Shown here one piece after another: positions 14,501 through 27,000 of a stretch of DNA of 64,000 bases. Positions within the stretch are counted from its first letter, which is position 1. Each line of letters starts with the position of its first letter. The position numbers and the translations under genes are program-made. The DNA lies in the NCBI GenBank assembly GCA_045837725.1, contig JBEWZL010000260.1, positions 62,001 to 126,000 of the forward strand, written 5' to 3'. The notes under the pieces are model-generated. The model was not told the origin of the DNA. It ran no database searches and was given only the letters and a program-made list of their open reading frames with translations. Source of the DNA: Vermamoeba vermiformis (Eukaryota).

Positions 14501-16594
14501 TAAGATTAATATCCATATAAATAACCTATTTTACACTAATATAGTATCTTTACGTACCACTAGCTGATGAAGTAAATAAGGGTCGTCCATTGTCATCGCA
14601 CGGCACGTAGTCATCTACAATAATGGTCTCCCAGCCCTTAGCATTGGCATTATAGAACCTGATGGTGTACACGCCTGCCTCAACACTCTCAGCACCGAAC
14701 AATGAAAATAAACTTTCAAGTTGCGATGTGAGCGCAGATAAAATGGACAAAAATCGAACGTCCGTGTGAGGTCCTACAATACAAAGAACAGTTAGTTTAA
14801 CTCTCTAAGCATTCGAAACCATCCATCTCATACCTGCCACGGGCTGTGCGGGGTCATAACCTTCAATGAAAAGCGAAGGTGAGGTATAAAGATCCTTCAC
14901 GCGTCTCCAAGTAGCAGCAATGGAGTTGTTTTCTGGTCACAAAAATTAAGACCGTAGCTCATTAAGAAGAGTCACGCGTACCTGACACAGACGAATTGAT
15001 GTGCTTAAACTGATCATCGACAAAATGCTTGCCACTCTGCTTCAAGTTCTCAGCAAATGCAGGAGGTTGATCCGTTTCATCATTCTGCAACATTTGTTAG
15101 TTGACACGCCATAAGATAGTATTGTGCTATACTTACGTAAAGACTTCGTCTGTTTCTGCGCTTGATTGTGGCATAAACACTATCACGTGCGAGTTTTGCG
15201 GGAGGTGACACAGTGTACGAGAGCTTCGGAAGCTGATTATTGACGGGTGCTGTGACAGGTGCTGTCAATTGTGGGCGTTGAGTAGTAGAAGCACGGCCAG
15301 GTGAACTACGTGGTTGTGCTACCAAATTAGCCGAAGGTTGTTTCGCGTTGGACGGTGTCAATGGTGCGGACTGTTTAGGTTGAGTTGGTGACTGTACAGT
15401 AACAGGTTGAGGTGCCTCACTCGGCTGAACTTGTTGAGGTTGAGTGGTTGGCTGAACTGCCGGCTGTGCTGTTGGTTGAGGTGTCGGTTGCGTGACTTGT
15501 GGTGCGGTTTGTGGTGCTTCAGTGGTAGTTTGAGGTTCCTGTCGGCGACCAATAAAACCACCGTTCTGTGGAGGTCTCGAACCTAAACATAAGTTAGATC
15601 ACGTACATCTTGCCATTGCAAAATAGAAAATGCAACTATGCAAATACTAAAAACTGACCCATTTTTCCGGCGAAGCTAGCGCTCGGAGACCGCGTCAACT
15701 CCGGTCGTTCAGTGTTCTGTGCGCTCGGGGATGTAACGTTCTGCTTGGGTCTGGAAACAGATGCGGACCAACCGCGAGACTGAGGAGCGGTCTCAGCGTG
15801 AGGTTTGGGTGACTCGGGCGCGGGTATAGTATTATCGACTTGAGCACGAGGTGATATAGGCTGCTCCACTTGTGCCTCTATCTTAATAGGAGGAACAATT
15901 GGCGTTGCATTAAGCGTTGTTGTAGGACTTAATGGCGGGCTTTGTGGCTTCGTGACGGGTTCGGGTTGACGTGGTGTTTGAACAGCTTGTGGTTGTGGCT
16001 CTGTCCTTGGTGACAAAGGCGCCTGTTGCACAACGGCAGCAGTATTATTGTTCTGATCCGCTGGTGCTGTGCTATTGTTTGCCTCCTCTTGCGGCGGAAT
16101 ACTCGGGTTGCTGTCGATCAACCTCGCACCTCCCAAGACGTTGATGTTCGGGCGCTGATTAATTTTTGTGGCAACTTCTGACAGTTTCTCCTCGAGCCAG
16201 TATATCTTTTCAACCAAGAAGGCGAAGGTCTTTTGACGAAACAGATTCAGATCCGTTCCTTCTGGTGGTGGTGCTCCAAGAGATGTGTATATCGAAGCAA
16301 TTGATTTATCAATCTCCTGCAGTGGCTCTTTCACGGATTCATAGGTAATTTGTAAGATCTGGAAATTAGAATTGGTCAATCTGTCAAATGTCCAACCTCC
16401 CCAATTACAAACGAAACTAAAATTCCAAATTATCATAATAATAATTGTTCGAATTTTTGGCATAAAATGTCACGAAAGAAATAAATAGCTGGCGTGCAGT
16501 TCTAATTAATAATTAAAATTAGGTTATTCCAATTAGCCGCATTACAAGCCCAAGTTACCTTCTCGAATTTAAGCTTATTCTCATCCGAGGCCAT
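11553..16594 (-). CDS. Calpain-like protein (CysPc + two calpain-III/C2L domains, P/Q/T-rich linkers), probably catalytically inactive
   Basis: GVYTIRFY..GWETIIVDDYVP, WPMILEKAYAK, two C2L copies (GQWAGESAGG..NPQY, GNYSIIPMT, IVPCTWDAG). The catalytic Cys motif reads QPVAGPHTDVRFLS. Confidence 0.85.
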
Positions 16595-17073
16595 GGTGCG
16601 CTCAATAACGTCATAAAATAATTGAAACACCGCGCGCACAAGGACAAGGTATCGCAATGTAAATTTCTTCCTTGACATGCACGTCAAAAAATTACCATTT
16701 TCACCCGCTGACCTACTTTCGCAGGACTTCATTACGACGTCCGCTTAATATACATACTCAAACCATTTTGATACCAACGCCGAAGCTGGAGGCACGCCGA
16801 GAATAGGAAGATCGGCCGATCCGAAAACTGAACCGCTCCTGATCTACTTGCTGAAAATCCTATCCTGTAACTACGAGCGGTTTTATGTGCATAAGTTAGT
16901 GCTTGTCGGTACAATTATTTTCTCTAACGAAGATTGTTTTTTCCATTTTTATCAAGTTTATCCTCCGCAGAAAAATCAGGCCGGCAGATTTTGGGCAGAA
17001 TTTTGTCCCATTAAACCTCGTTCAGCCTGTTTTCTTCTTTCTAGTTACCTGCACTACAACACCCCCAATCAAA

Positions 17074-17779
17074 ATGGCCGAAGAAACTTTCGAAAAGACC
17101 GATGCCGGTTCATCTCTTACTTACCCCATGCAGGCCTCCTCCATCCGTAAGGGTGGCTACGCCATTTTGAAGGGTTTCCCTTGCAAGGTTATGGATATGT
17201 CAACCTCCAAGACCGGCAAGCACGGTCACGCCAAGGTCAACATGACTGGTGTTGATATCTTCACTGGCAAGAAGTACGAAGAACTTTTCGGCTCTACCCA
17301 CAACGTCGAAGTTCCCAACGTCGAGCGTGCTGATTACCAAGTATGTATTATCTATTCGAGCAATATTTTTGCCTATTTTAATGGCTTGATGCGATTTGGT
17401 GGTTGCTGTATTGAAAATTTTTTTAAAATACGTTTTCTGGATTTTTAAATCTTATTTGTGGTAACCGCTTGAATCGCTTAAAATCGCGAAATTAAAATGA
17501 CTTCGTACTTCGCAAGATGATTATTTATTATTTATAACAAAATTGTCACTAACCTCCTTTATTTTTAATTAGTTGATCGATATTACTGATGACGATCCCG
17601 CTTTCGTCTCCCTCTTGGACCAAAACGGTAACACCAAGGACGATTTGAAGCTCCCCGAAGGTGAGCTCGGTCAACAACTCAAGGCTGAATTCTCCTCTGG
17701 CAAGTCTTTGGTTGTTGCCGTCCAATCTGCTATGGGCGTTCAACAAATCATGTCCTTCAAGGAAGACACCAAGGCTTAA
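17074..17779 (+). CDS. EIF5A: Eukaryotic translation factor 5A
   Basis: Hypusine motif [12 protein letters not shown]. Two exons, intron 17341-17572. Strong codon bias typical of highly expressed genes. Confidence 0.97.
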
Positions 17780-18037
17780 GTTCCCTGCCTGTACCGATCC
17801 CTATAAATTATTCTTGTATCAATTTTTTGCCAGGATTTGATCCTAAATCTTTTTAATCCAAAAAACCTAGAGCGGTTAGCGCCGTTGCGAAATAAAAACC
17901 CTATTTTGTAATTCGCGCAGTGCCCAGGTGAGAATCGCAAAGCAGAAGTCTTAGGCGCCTAAGATACTCGCTTATCTTGCATCGGGATGTGGATTCAGAT
18001 CGTTTATTTACAAATGGGGTTCTTATCATCGATTGGC

Positions 18038-19017
18038 TTAAATGAGTTTGTGGAACTGATTGTAGGCGCTGTCCAAATCAAACAACATTTGTCGTTCTTG
18101 CTCTTCATTCAGCTGATCGCTTGCCTTCATCCGGCTCAAAATTCCTAACCTGTACTTAACAAGTTAACGGTCTATTGCTGGGTTAACTCTATGATGACTG
18201 CTTACCAGTATTGTACTTTTGTCTTGCCTTCAAAGTTTGGCGGTAGCGTGGTCACTCGGGTCAGTGCGTCGTTCAGATCCAACAGCAAGGGTTGCAGCTG
18301 ATCCACAGCAACCATCTTTAACTTTAGCGAGTCCATAAGAGTAATAAAGTGTTGTACCTATTGACAAGTAACCGCGTTAGGATAGAAGACAAAGTCGGTC
18401 TTTACACGTCGTGACACGTACCGCTTCTGCGATAGCTTTTGGAATTTCAGGCACGATTGGAACGCTCGGGGCACCAACTTCGACGAGTCTGTAGTATGCC
18501 GCTGGGCAGTTGAGCTATTGAATAAGGAATTAGCTTGTTATGACTTAAGTCCCTTTGATGTTGAACGAGAGACTCTCGTTCACTGCTTTGTAAGCAGATC
18601 TTTAAGTACTAACCCTATATTCTTGTAAGAACTGTCCTACATCAGGCACATCATCCTTAATCAAGCTTTTCAAAGTCTTGTAATGATTACAAAGCTTGGT
18701 GCAAGTGGCACTGTACCTAAACGACACGTGTTGGTCAGGTACTTGTGAGGTGTACAAATAAACTGTAAATTGAACTTACTCTTCGAATGGCATTGCTTCA
18801 CGTAGCTGAGCCTTCTCTAATGCTTCAGTAGTCTTGAATATCGCATATAGCTCCGCCAAATTGTCGTAGAACTCTTTCTCTTTGGCACTGCCGGTAGTGT
18901 ATAGACTTATTTCTTTTGTCGGCCCTTTATATCAAATTAATTATACCTATTTATTCGCCAGATATACAGTATCACGCGCTTACGTGTCACTTCAGTTTGT
19001 TGAAAGTAATTGGGCAT
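18038..19017 (-). CDS. VPS28: ESCRT-I subunit Vps28 (multi-exon; start uncertain)
   Basis: Spliced translation EKEFYDNLAELYAIFKTTEALEKA..YSATCTKLCNHYK..HFITLMDSLKLKMVAVDQLQPLL..QMLFDLDSAYNQFHKLI. Not shown in the ORF track because the exons are short. Confidence 0.88.
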
Positions 19018-19608
19018 TTTTGGTTGTACGTGCTGTGGATTTGTATAGACAGGTGGACTAAACGAAATTTAATTAAATGATGAACAATATTATAATATCC
19101 ATTGTATAAATTTGAGGACATACGAGCATTAATTACACGCTATGTCAATTAGAAAAATAATTTGCGCAAAAAAATAAGAATTTGTTGGCAATTATTCTTA
19201 CCTTGGATTGGTAGCAACGGGACTATTTACAACAGGTTTATTTACATTGGTTTGTGGCTGGAATTATTAATTAATAAATTATTGAATTCAATTTCGGTCG
19301 ATCTTACGGGTGAAGTTTCTTTCTTCGTTGTCCCGAATATACTCGAGAAAAAACTCATCGTAGGCGATGAAAAATATTTTACAGTTGTGCTACGTAATAT
19401 ACAATAATGTTAGAAATCCCTTGTTGCAAAAAACTGACTTCTTGAATTTTGGCCACGTGGTACCGTCCACGAGGTCTGCTTAAAGTAAACAAAATTAGCT
19501 ACATTATATTTAAATCATCGCTTTATTTAAAATTACAATTGTGCTTGTACACGCCTTATTTATTCGGATCTTTGTCCAGAACTTGTATTGTTTATTATTA
19601 GGATTATT

Positions 19609-21101
19609 CTATTTCTTCTTGATGGCATCCAAGTTCAATTTAATTCCACCTTCTTTCTCATCATCGCTGTCAGAGTCGCCCTTCTTCTTGTCTTTCTTCT
19701 TCGAGCCTGAAGTACCGGCGTCCATTGACAGCACGTCCATCGTGCAATCAAATTTAAACATGCAGTCCTTCAAGAAAGTGTCGCTAGATTCTACGCACAT
19801 CGAGTTAGTACGGCACAAAGGTTCGTAATCGACGGAAGAATTTGTCGGTGGCATGCCGATAAAAACTAAAATGCAAGACAGTCGTTATAGTTGTAATGAT
19901 ACATACCAGGAATATCAGAATCGACGCGCACGAACAAAAAGTCGAAGCCACGGTGTTCTTTAGACTCCTTTTCTTCTTTGCCAGTCTCCTTCAAGAACTT
20001 ACTGCCCATAGCGTAGACCAATTCTTTATGATGTTTTTGCGCCTCTTCAGTGGCAGGGTGCAAATCAATGAGTTCAACGCACGTGGTGTTCATGTAATTG
20101 ACTTGTTGTTCTTGGTGGTGCACGAGTTGATCTAATTTCTGGTCCAATCGTTGATGGTGATTGCCAGGACCCTTATCTTCGAAGAAATCTAAGATGGCAA
20201 ACGACACAACATCTGATTTCTTCTCAGAGTTGACTTGGTTGCTCTGTGCAGTCGACTTTTCCCAAACGTAGATCTTGTGTTGGCTTACGAGAGAAGTCAA
20301 ATGGTCTAAATTAAAAAAAAATTAATACGGGTAAATTATGAAGGTCTATAGTTAATGAAACAGGATTATTGCTTTTTTGTGCGATGATCTAAATTATTTT
20401 TAATTTTTGTAAACTGCGGCAAAATTATTCTGACGAACGGGCAAGGTGGAGAATAAAAGAAACTTACCGTTTGTGAATCTAGGGCTTTCGTTGGGCGGGG
20501 TTGACAAGGACTTCAATTCAGGAAGATCTTCCGCCGAGGCTAACCGCATCTTACCAGCACTTTTCTTGAATGGGTTGAAACTGCCTCTCTTTTTCTTCTT
20601 AATCGTTCCTTGAATGTCGTCATGCTCCACAAAATATAGACGATGACTTTTCATGCTTTTGAATTGCTTTTGCTTGAACTCGTTGTGTTGCTTGCGCAGC
20701 TCCTTTGCAAAGCCTCGGGCAAGAACGCTGGGTCCATAAATATCAACTTGAGTATTAAATTGCATGGCATTAGTCTTTAGTAAGCTTGCAACATAGTCCG
20801 CCATCCAGTTAATACAAATCTCCGCTGGAACGTAGTCGTCACTGGTTTTGTCTTCTGTCACGGCGAATGCAATCATTTTGTCCGGGAACACAGCTAATCC
20901 AGCTTTTGTTTTGAGGTGAATTTGAAATACAGCAAACTTAACCTTGGGTTTGCCAAGATTTACATCTCGTAGGGTAATTTGCCAGAAAGGCATATGCGCG
21001 CGAATAATAGTATTTAATTCGGCGATAAATTGTTCGGGTGTTCCGCATGTTCGTAGCTCCATAGCTGAATAATCAACTTTTTTTACTTCTGCTTCGGCCA
21101 T
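19609..21101 (-). CDS. Uncharacterised protein, possible degenerate GNAT-fold
   Basis: Three spliced ORFs. GKMRLASAEDLPEL..IYVWE..VVSFA..FLFVRVD follows the order of GNAT elements. Lys/acidic tail. Confidence 0.55.
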
Positions 21102-21754
21102 CTTGTAGCGGTAAAACGACTTTCTGGATTACGTAAAGCTTACTCGAGTAAATAACTACAAGCAATAATGTGTCAGTTGTGGTCTCGCTTTTGCGAATTG
21201 AAATATTTGGATAGCAACCCAAATTTCACAACGTTTTAATTTTGTACATAAAATCTCCCCGTTCATCTCGCGTTAATTTGTTGTGTTCGCGTGTCAATTC
21301 AACCATTTTCTGTGTTGATTATCATTGAATATACACGCATGTCTGTAATCAAATAATTATCTGAAGCTACAACCTCGCTGCATAAACGGATAGGACAGAA
21401 AAATGCCAATCGCCCGCGGAATCCGTTATTTACCGTCACAAAGGTATTAATCACTTATCTTACGATATATTTTTCGAGCCACAGTCAAGTAATCTGAATT
21501 ATTACTCGAATTCGGTTCATCTCTAACAATCTGTCAGATTTGGCCTCAGCAACCATTAATTAATTTCCTTGCTGTGGGGATTAATATTTTTACCAATAGC
21601 AATTTACGTTGCGACTGAAAAATCTTTATTACGATTTTTATGTGAATACTGACGTCGCCACAAATACGTCAGCTCCAATATTTAGTTGGTGCCCGTCTTC
21701 AATTACTTATTTATCGTCATAGTTATTAACGTAACAAACAATTAATATTACACG

Positions 21755-22140
21755 ATGGATTCTTACTACATTAACGCGAGAACAAAAGACACATCTACTT
21801 TCCTCAATAAGAAAACAAAAATAAAGCTCATTAGATCGTTAATATTCATAATATCAACAGTATCAATACTTCTAATTCTTAGTAGCCTTGTAGTCACTCG
21901 CGGTAAGTTGCAGGCCTTGATCCACTTTAAAAAAATAACCTTTTCTTGTAGGCGCGTCAACGACATTATTTTTTTCAGGCAGAAGTCTTTTAAGTAGTTC
22001 AAATACCATGTACAATAGATGCGACTACGAAGATTGTATTTCGTGGCACAGGAATTCGGCGGATTTGGTAAGACAACCAATTTTCTTTTTTCGAAACTAA
22101 CACTTTTTATTCTTAGGCATTCGATAAATTCTTTAAATAA
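21755..22140 (+). CDS. Small (about 95 aa) single-pass membrane protein, 3 exons
   Basis: MDSYY..KIKLIRSLIFIISTVSILLILSSLVVTR. Two canonical gtaag..ag introns keep the frame open to ..NSADLAFDKFFK-stop. Confidence 0.5.
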
Positions 22141-22176
22141 TGTAACGTTGAGAATAAAAACAAGTTTTGAACAACG

Positions 22177-23693
22177 TTATTCCTCAGTTGGAAAGTTTTG
22201 GTTGAAATCGTCTGGGCGACCCATAGTGCCCATGAGTGGGTCAAGGTCACCATCATCTCTGGGAGTAAAATCCTTACGACTAACAAAGAACTTGAATTGT
22301 TCTTCTTGGCTGAATGCGTGGTTGAACATAAACGACACGTCAAAGTTGATGCCTGTTGCTACAAAGCTGTGACCGTAAGCCTTGACCTTAAACTATAGTA
22401 ATACCGTTATATTAATATACATTAGACTAAATATATGAACAATATAACTCTTAGTGGCTAATGATTTAACTTTTTTTTTGGACTCGAAATAAAAATTAAG
22501 TACTCGTGTGACTTACAGTTTTGAGGGTCTTAACGCCCATCGGCAAGAAGTCGTGGAAGTCAGCAGACAATGCACCGTAGTTGATGCTGCGGGCCATTTC
22601 AGCTTTAGTGCTTTGGATCACTGCTTGGGGAGGTAACAGGTTTTGTCCGATTTCGCCTAACCGATCCGCCACAACGTTCAAGTGCACGTGATCCAACAGC
22701 TGTACCGTCTGGTAAAAGCTTGGCTTAATTCCCAAATCAACGGCTGGATTCAAGGGCAGCATATTGAAGAAAGCTCTATTGCCTTGGAATACCAAGCCAG
22801 CATCGAGGCACAGATTCGATCCATCCAAATCGTCCAATCTAGCCAAGCCAATAGATGTTAGTATATTAATATTAATAATAGTACTTTTTCTTACCCTTGA
22901 GACAGGTGAAGCCACAAATGGAACTCTTCCAGGTTGGACATTAACGGCGCTAAAAATAGGAATTCCGTTAGAAGCTTGTACAACAATTAAAATTTTAATT
23001 AGGCCGGACTTACTGAACATTCTCAATGGCTCGCGGGCATCCGAAGACAAGTCAAGGGTCATTCTACCACCTGCTTTGCCATCCACTTGAAGTGGTTCGA
23101 AAACGGCGTGAGTTTGACGATTATTGATAAAATTTTGAGCCACTTTTCGCATGTTCTCTTCAGCATTAATTACGTCGCGTGATTCGTCCCAAATAAATTC
23201 AAAAACAACGGCTGGATTCGCTGAGTCGTCCGGGTACGTTTCGTGGCGGATGTCGAAGCCATAAGCTGGTTCTTGGTGCTCCATGTTTCCAACTTTAATC
23301 TTCAGGTTAATGTCTAGAATTTTTTTAATTGAATCAAGACCAGATCCGCCATTATTTCGTTGCATTAAATATCGAATTGCGTTGAAAAATGCAGGGATCT
23401 TCAATCTTTCTTTTACATCACGCAGGGGTTTCGTGCGAATATTGTATTCATACGAGTCGTCTTTTCTGAACCAGTTAGTGAACTCTTCCAAAGAGATGGT
23501 TCCATCCCGATCATCGTCAACTTCGCCAAATAATTCATTAATCTCATTGTCGGGCAGGTCTTCACCAGTAGCATAAAATATTCTTCTGAACTGCTGCTGG
23601 TTTATACCGTTTGAGCTCACCAGCAAAGGTTTCAAAGACCTTCTTAGCCAGATTTACTTCCGGATTATTCTCATCACCGTAATAGAAAGACAT
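22177..23693 (-). CDS. EF-hand domain protein (one apparent +1 frameshift near 23618)
   Basis: EF-hand ELFGEVDDDRDGTISLEEFTNWF. The ATG exon MSFYYGDENNPEVNLAKKVFETFAG is out of frame with the main ORF by one base. Confidence 0.75.
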
Positions 23694-24003
23694 ATCTTTT
23701 AGTTGAATTATAATAGAATGGCTTTTGTGTAGTTCGATTATAATTAAAGTGAAAATTAAAATTAACGGTTAAATTTAACCCACTTTTTTCAGCCACTACG
23801 AAAATTTGAGACTTTATCTGAAAAAGGACGTTGAGCCATTGGAAAGTTCCTCAGTACTGTACAGTATTCGATAAATGTGAATACAAACCGGTCGGTTTCG
23901 ATCGTGTCTGTTTGAATCATCTTAAAATTATCTCGTCACCGTACATTGCGGAGGTGACTCGAGCGTATTTTAACGATCATTTATTTACATGTTTTCTTGT
24001 TGT

Positions 24004-27000
24004 TTAAGTGGGGCGCAATATGATCTCTTCTTCGACCATCATTGCAAGTGATTTGAGCGCTAGTACGAGCACGACAAGCACGGCCAATCCAATTGTCATG
24101 CCTGTCGCCACTCTATTTGACTTGGTTGCAGTCTGCGAAATAATTGGCTGTGCATCAGTTGTGTCGGGGTTATATACATCTGTAGTATTGGCGATGAGTT
24201 GTTGGGTCGTATTTACAGTCGCCAATGTGTCCTTCAAGTTGGCTATGGTTCGCTCGAGACTCTCAATTTGCTCGTCACGCGATTTTATCTTCTTCAAGTC
24301 CTGCTCTTGACGGGCATTTGCAGCTTGCTTTTCTTTGGCGATAATTTGTTCTAATTTCTCGATAATAGTATCCTTTTCATCGAGAAGTTCTTTTGCAGCT
24401 TTCATCGCGTTATCATTCTCGTGCAATTCTCGTTCTAATCGTGAATTTTCAACTTTCAAAAGTTGTCGCGATTCATCGATCAATTTTCTGTCTTTGTCAA
24501 TCTGCGCCAATCTTTCTTCCAACAGTTTAATATGATCGCTGTAGTCGCGCTTGTACGAGCTGATCTTGTCTTCGTGTTCTTTAGATTTTGCTGTCATTTC
24601 GTTCTTCAACGAGGCCAATTCATTAGTCAGCTGTTTAATCACGATTTCTGATTTTTCTAACGCGTCGGTGCTGTTCTTAAGTTTCTTTTCTTTGTTGGGC
24701 GGTGAATTTTGTTTCGGCGTGCCTGAACCTTCGGTCTCCAAGTGCTCAATTCTCCTCTTCAAGCTGTCAATGAGCTTTTGACTGCTTCGTGATTCTTTGT
24801 TGCGCTCTGATTGCTCGTCTTCCAATTGCTTCCGTACTTCATCGAGTTCTTGTTGGCAGCGTTTGAGTTCGTTGTGAAGGTACATCTCAATCGCTGGATC
24901 TGACTCGTCTTCCCTGGACTCAAACGATTCATCATCGCTCTTTGGTTCGTCTTCTGTGGCATTTCTATCGTTGATTTGGTTGACACTCGTGCCTGTTTCA
25001 ATTGCCCGAGTAATTTGATCGAGTTCATCGAAGACGTCCATTGGTTGGTGTTTTTCATCAGAGCTAGATTGAGAAGTACCTGATGGCTCTCTGTTATTCT
25101 TTTTGTCTTCTTGCAAGCTCTTCTCTTTACGTCGGAAGATGTTCTTGATCTCTGATATTTCGCGTTGGAGTGCGATAGTGAGTTCAGATTGCGGGAGATT
25201 TTGAACGATCTTCGTCTCGAACTGTCTTGGTGAAGTAGTAGCCTCAGCGGATTTGCTCTTGTTGCTCAGGTCAGTCAGCTCAGTCCTGAGTTGCGTCACT
25301 AGGGCAATTTGTTCTTTCAATAACTCATCTCTTGGCAGCTGAGCTTTGAGCTCTTCGAGTTGTCGTTGAAGTTCTTCAACCTTTTGTGATTCTTGCGTGG
25401 CCTTGCTAGACTTCTCCTTATTGACCATTTCGTTGTTATCTCGATTGAGAGCCTCCTGCAATTGTGCATTCACAGTTTCCAATTGTTGACTCAACTCCTC
25501 GTTCTTGTCGGTTACAACTCGGAGCTGCTCTTTTGCCTGAGCAGCTTCTTGTAGAGATCGATTTAGCTTCGCACGTAGCTCGTCAACGCCTTCGATATTA
25601 GTTTGAGGACTATTGCTTGATTGGTCACTTGGTTGCGAATTTAGTTTCTCAAGCAACTCTTTGTTTTCTTCTTTCAAGCGGTCAAGTTCTTGTCTCAACG
25701 CTAGCGTTTGATCTGCGGGTTGAGTTTCTCCCTCATGGGCAGTTTCAAGCTTACGAGTGGACTGGTCAGTTGTTTCTTTTTCAGCCGTACTCTTTGGTTG
25801 GTTAGCAAGTTCTGATATTCCCGTCACGTTCGTTGAGCCCAATTGCCGACTAGCAGCAAGCTCCTTTTCAAGTCGCTCGTTGTGGGACTTGACGTCGTTC
25901 AGCTCTTGCTTCAGCGCATCAATTTCAGAGAGATCTTGCGGTACTGGCTTCTCTGGGTTGTCTTCTGTCGATTTTGACGCTGGTGAAGCTGATGGTTGTT
26001 GAAGCTTGAGCTGTTCGGTGAGAGACTGGATCTGCTTTTGGAGGCGATCTACTTCGTCTTGAGAGGACGAAACTTGTTCCAAGGTCTCTTCAGTATTGGC
26101 AAGAGGAGAGCTCTGTTGAGCCTTTTCAAGCTGCTCAGTCAAAGATTGAACTTTCTTGTTAAGACGCTCTACTTCGTCGGTAAGATCGGCCACGTCATTC
26201 ATATGAGCTTCAATGACTTTCGTTTGTCGTTCCGATTGTGCGTTCAAAGCAGAAATTTCGTCTTCCTTCTCTTTCAGAACTCTGTCAAATTGTTCCTTCA
26301 ACTGAGTTGGCTCTTCTGGCGTGCTGCTCTTTGAGTCAACGTCGCGCTGAAGAGTTTGGTAGACTTCATTCAATTTGCTGTGCTCTTCTTGTAATGCAGC
26401 TAGCTGCTCTTTAAGGTCTTGTTCGCTGCCTTCGACTTGGTTCAACTTGGATTGCATTTCATCAACCTTGGCTTGCAGAGCAGTAGCGACCGAGTCTTTT
26501 TCTTGCAATTGTTCTTTCGTCGAAGTCAATTCGTTCGTCAACTCTGTAACCTTCGATTGCAGAGTGATGCTCTCGTCTGTTCCTGCAGACTTCACAGTAT
26601 TAACTTGATCTGTCAACTGCTCGATAGTCTTCTGCAGAGCACTCTTATCCTCAGTGCTTGTCTGCAACAGCTCATCGAACTCCTTTTTCTTCGATTCAAA
26701 GTCGTTCTTGAGCTCAGACAGTTCTTGCAGCAAGGTCTCTTTCGCTCGAGAAGTTTCACTGAGTTCTTGCTCTTTACTCTTCAGAGTTGTTTCAAGTTGG
26801 GATACTTGTTGACCGAAGTGATCTGCTTGTTGCCTCGACGACGCTTCTCGTTCTGTGATTTCTTTGAGCTTGGATCGTTCTGTTTCGAGTTCCGCCGTGA
26901 GTTTCGAGATTTCTTCGGACATTGAGCGCTCCTTCTGGTTTTGAGTTGCCTCTGCATCGCTCTTCAGCTTTTCATTATCTACTGTGAGGTTCTTGATATC

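Noticed and set aside
17341-17572. Long eIF5A intron as a snoRNA host
   Set aside because: No convincing C (RUGAUGA) plus D (CUGA) pair or H/ACA layout was seen. Long AT-rich introns also occur in other genes here.
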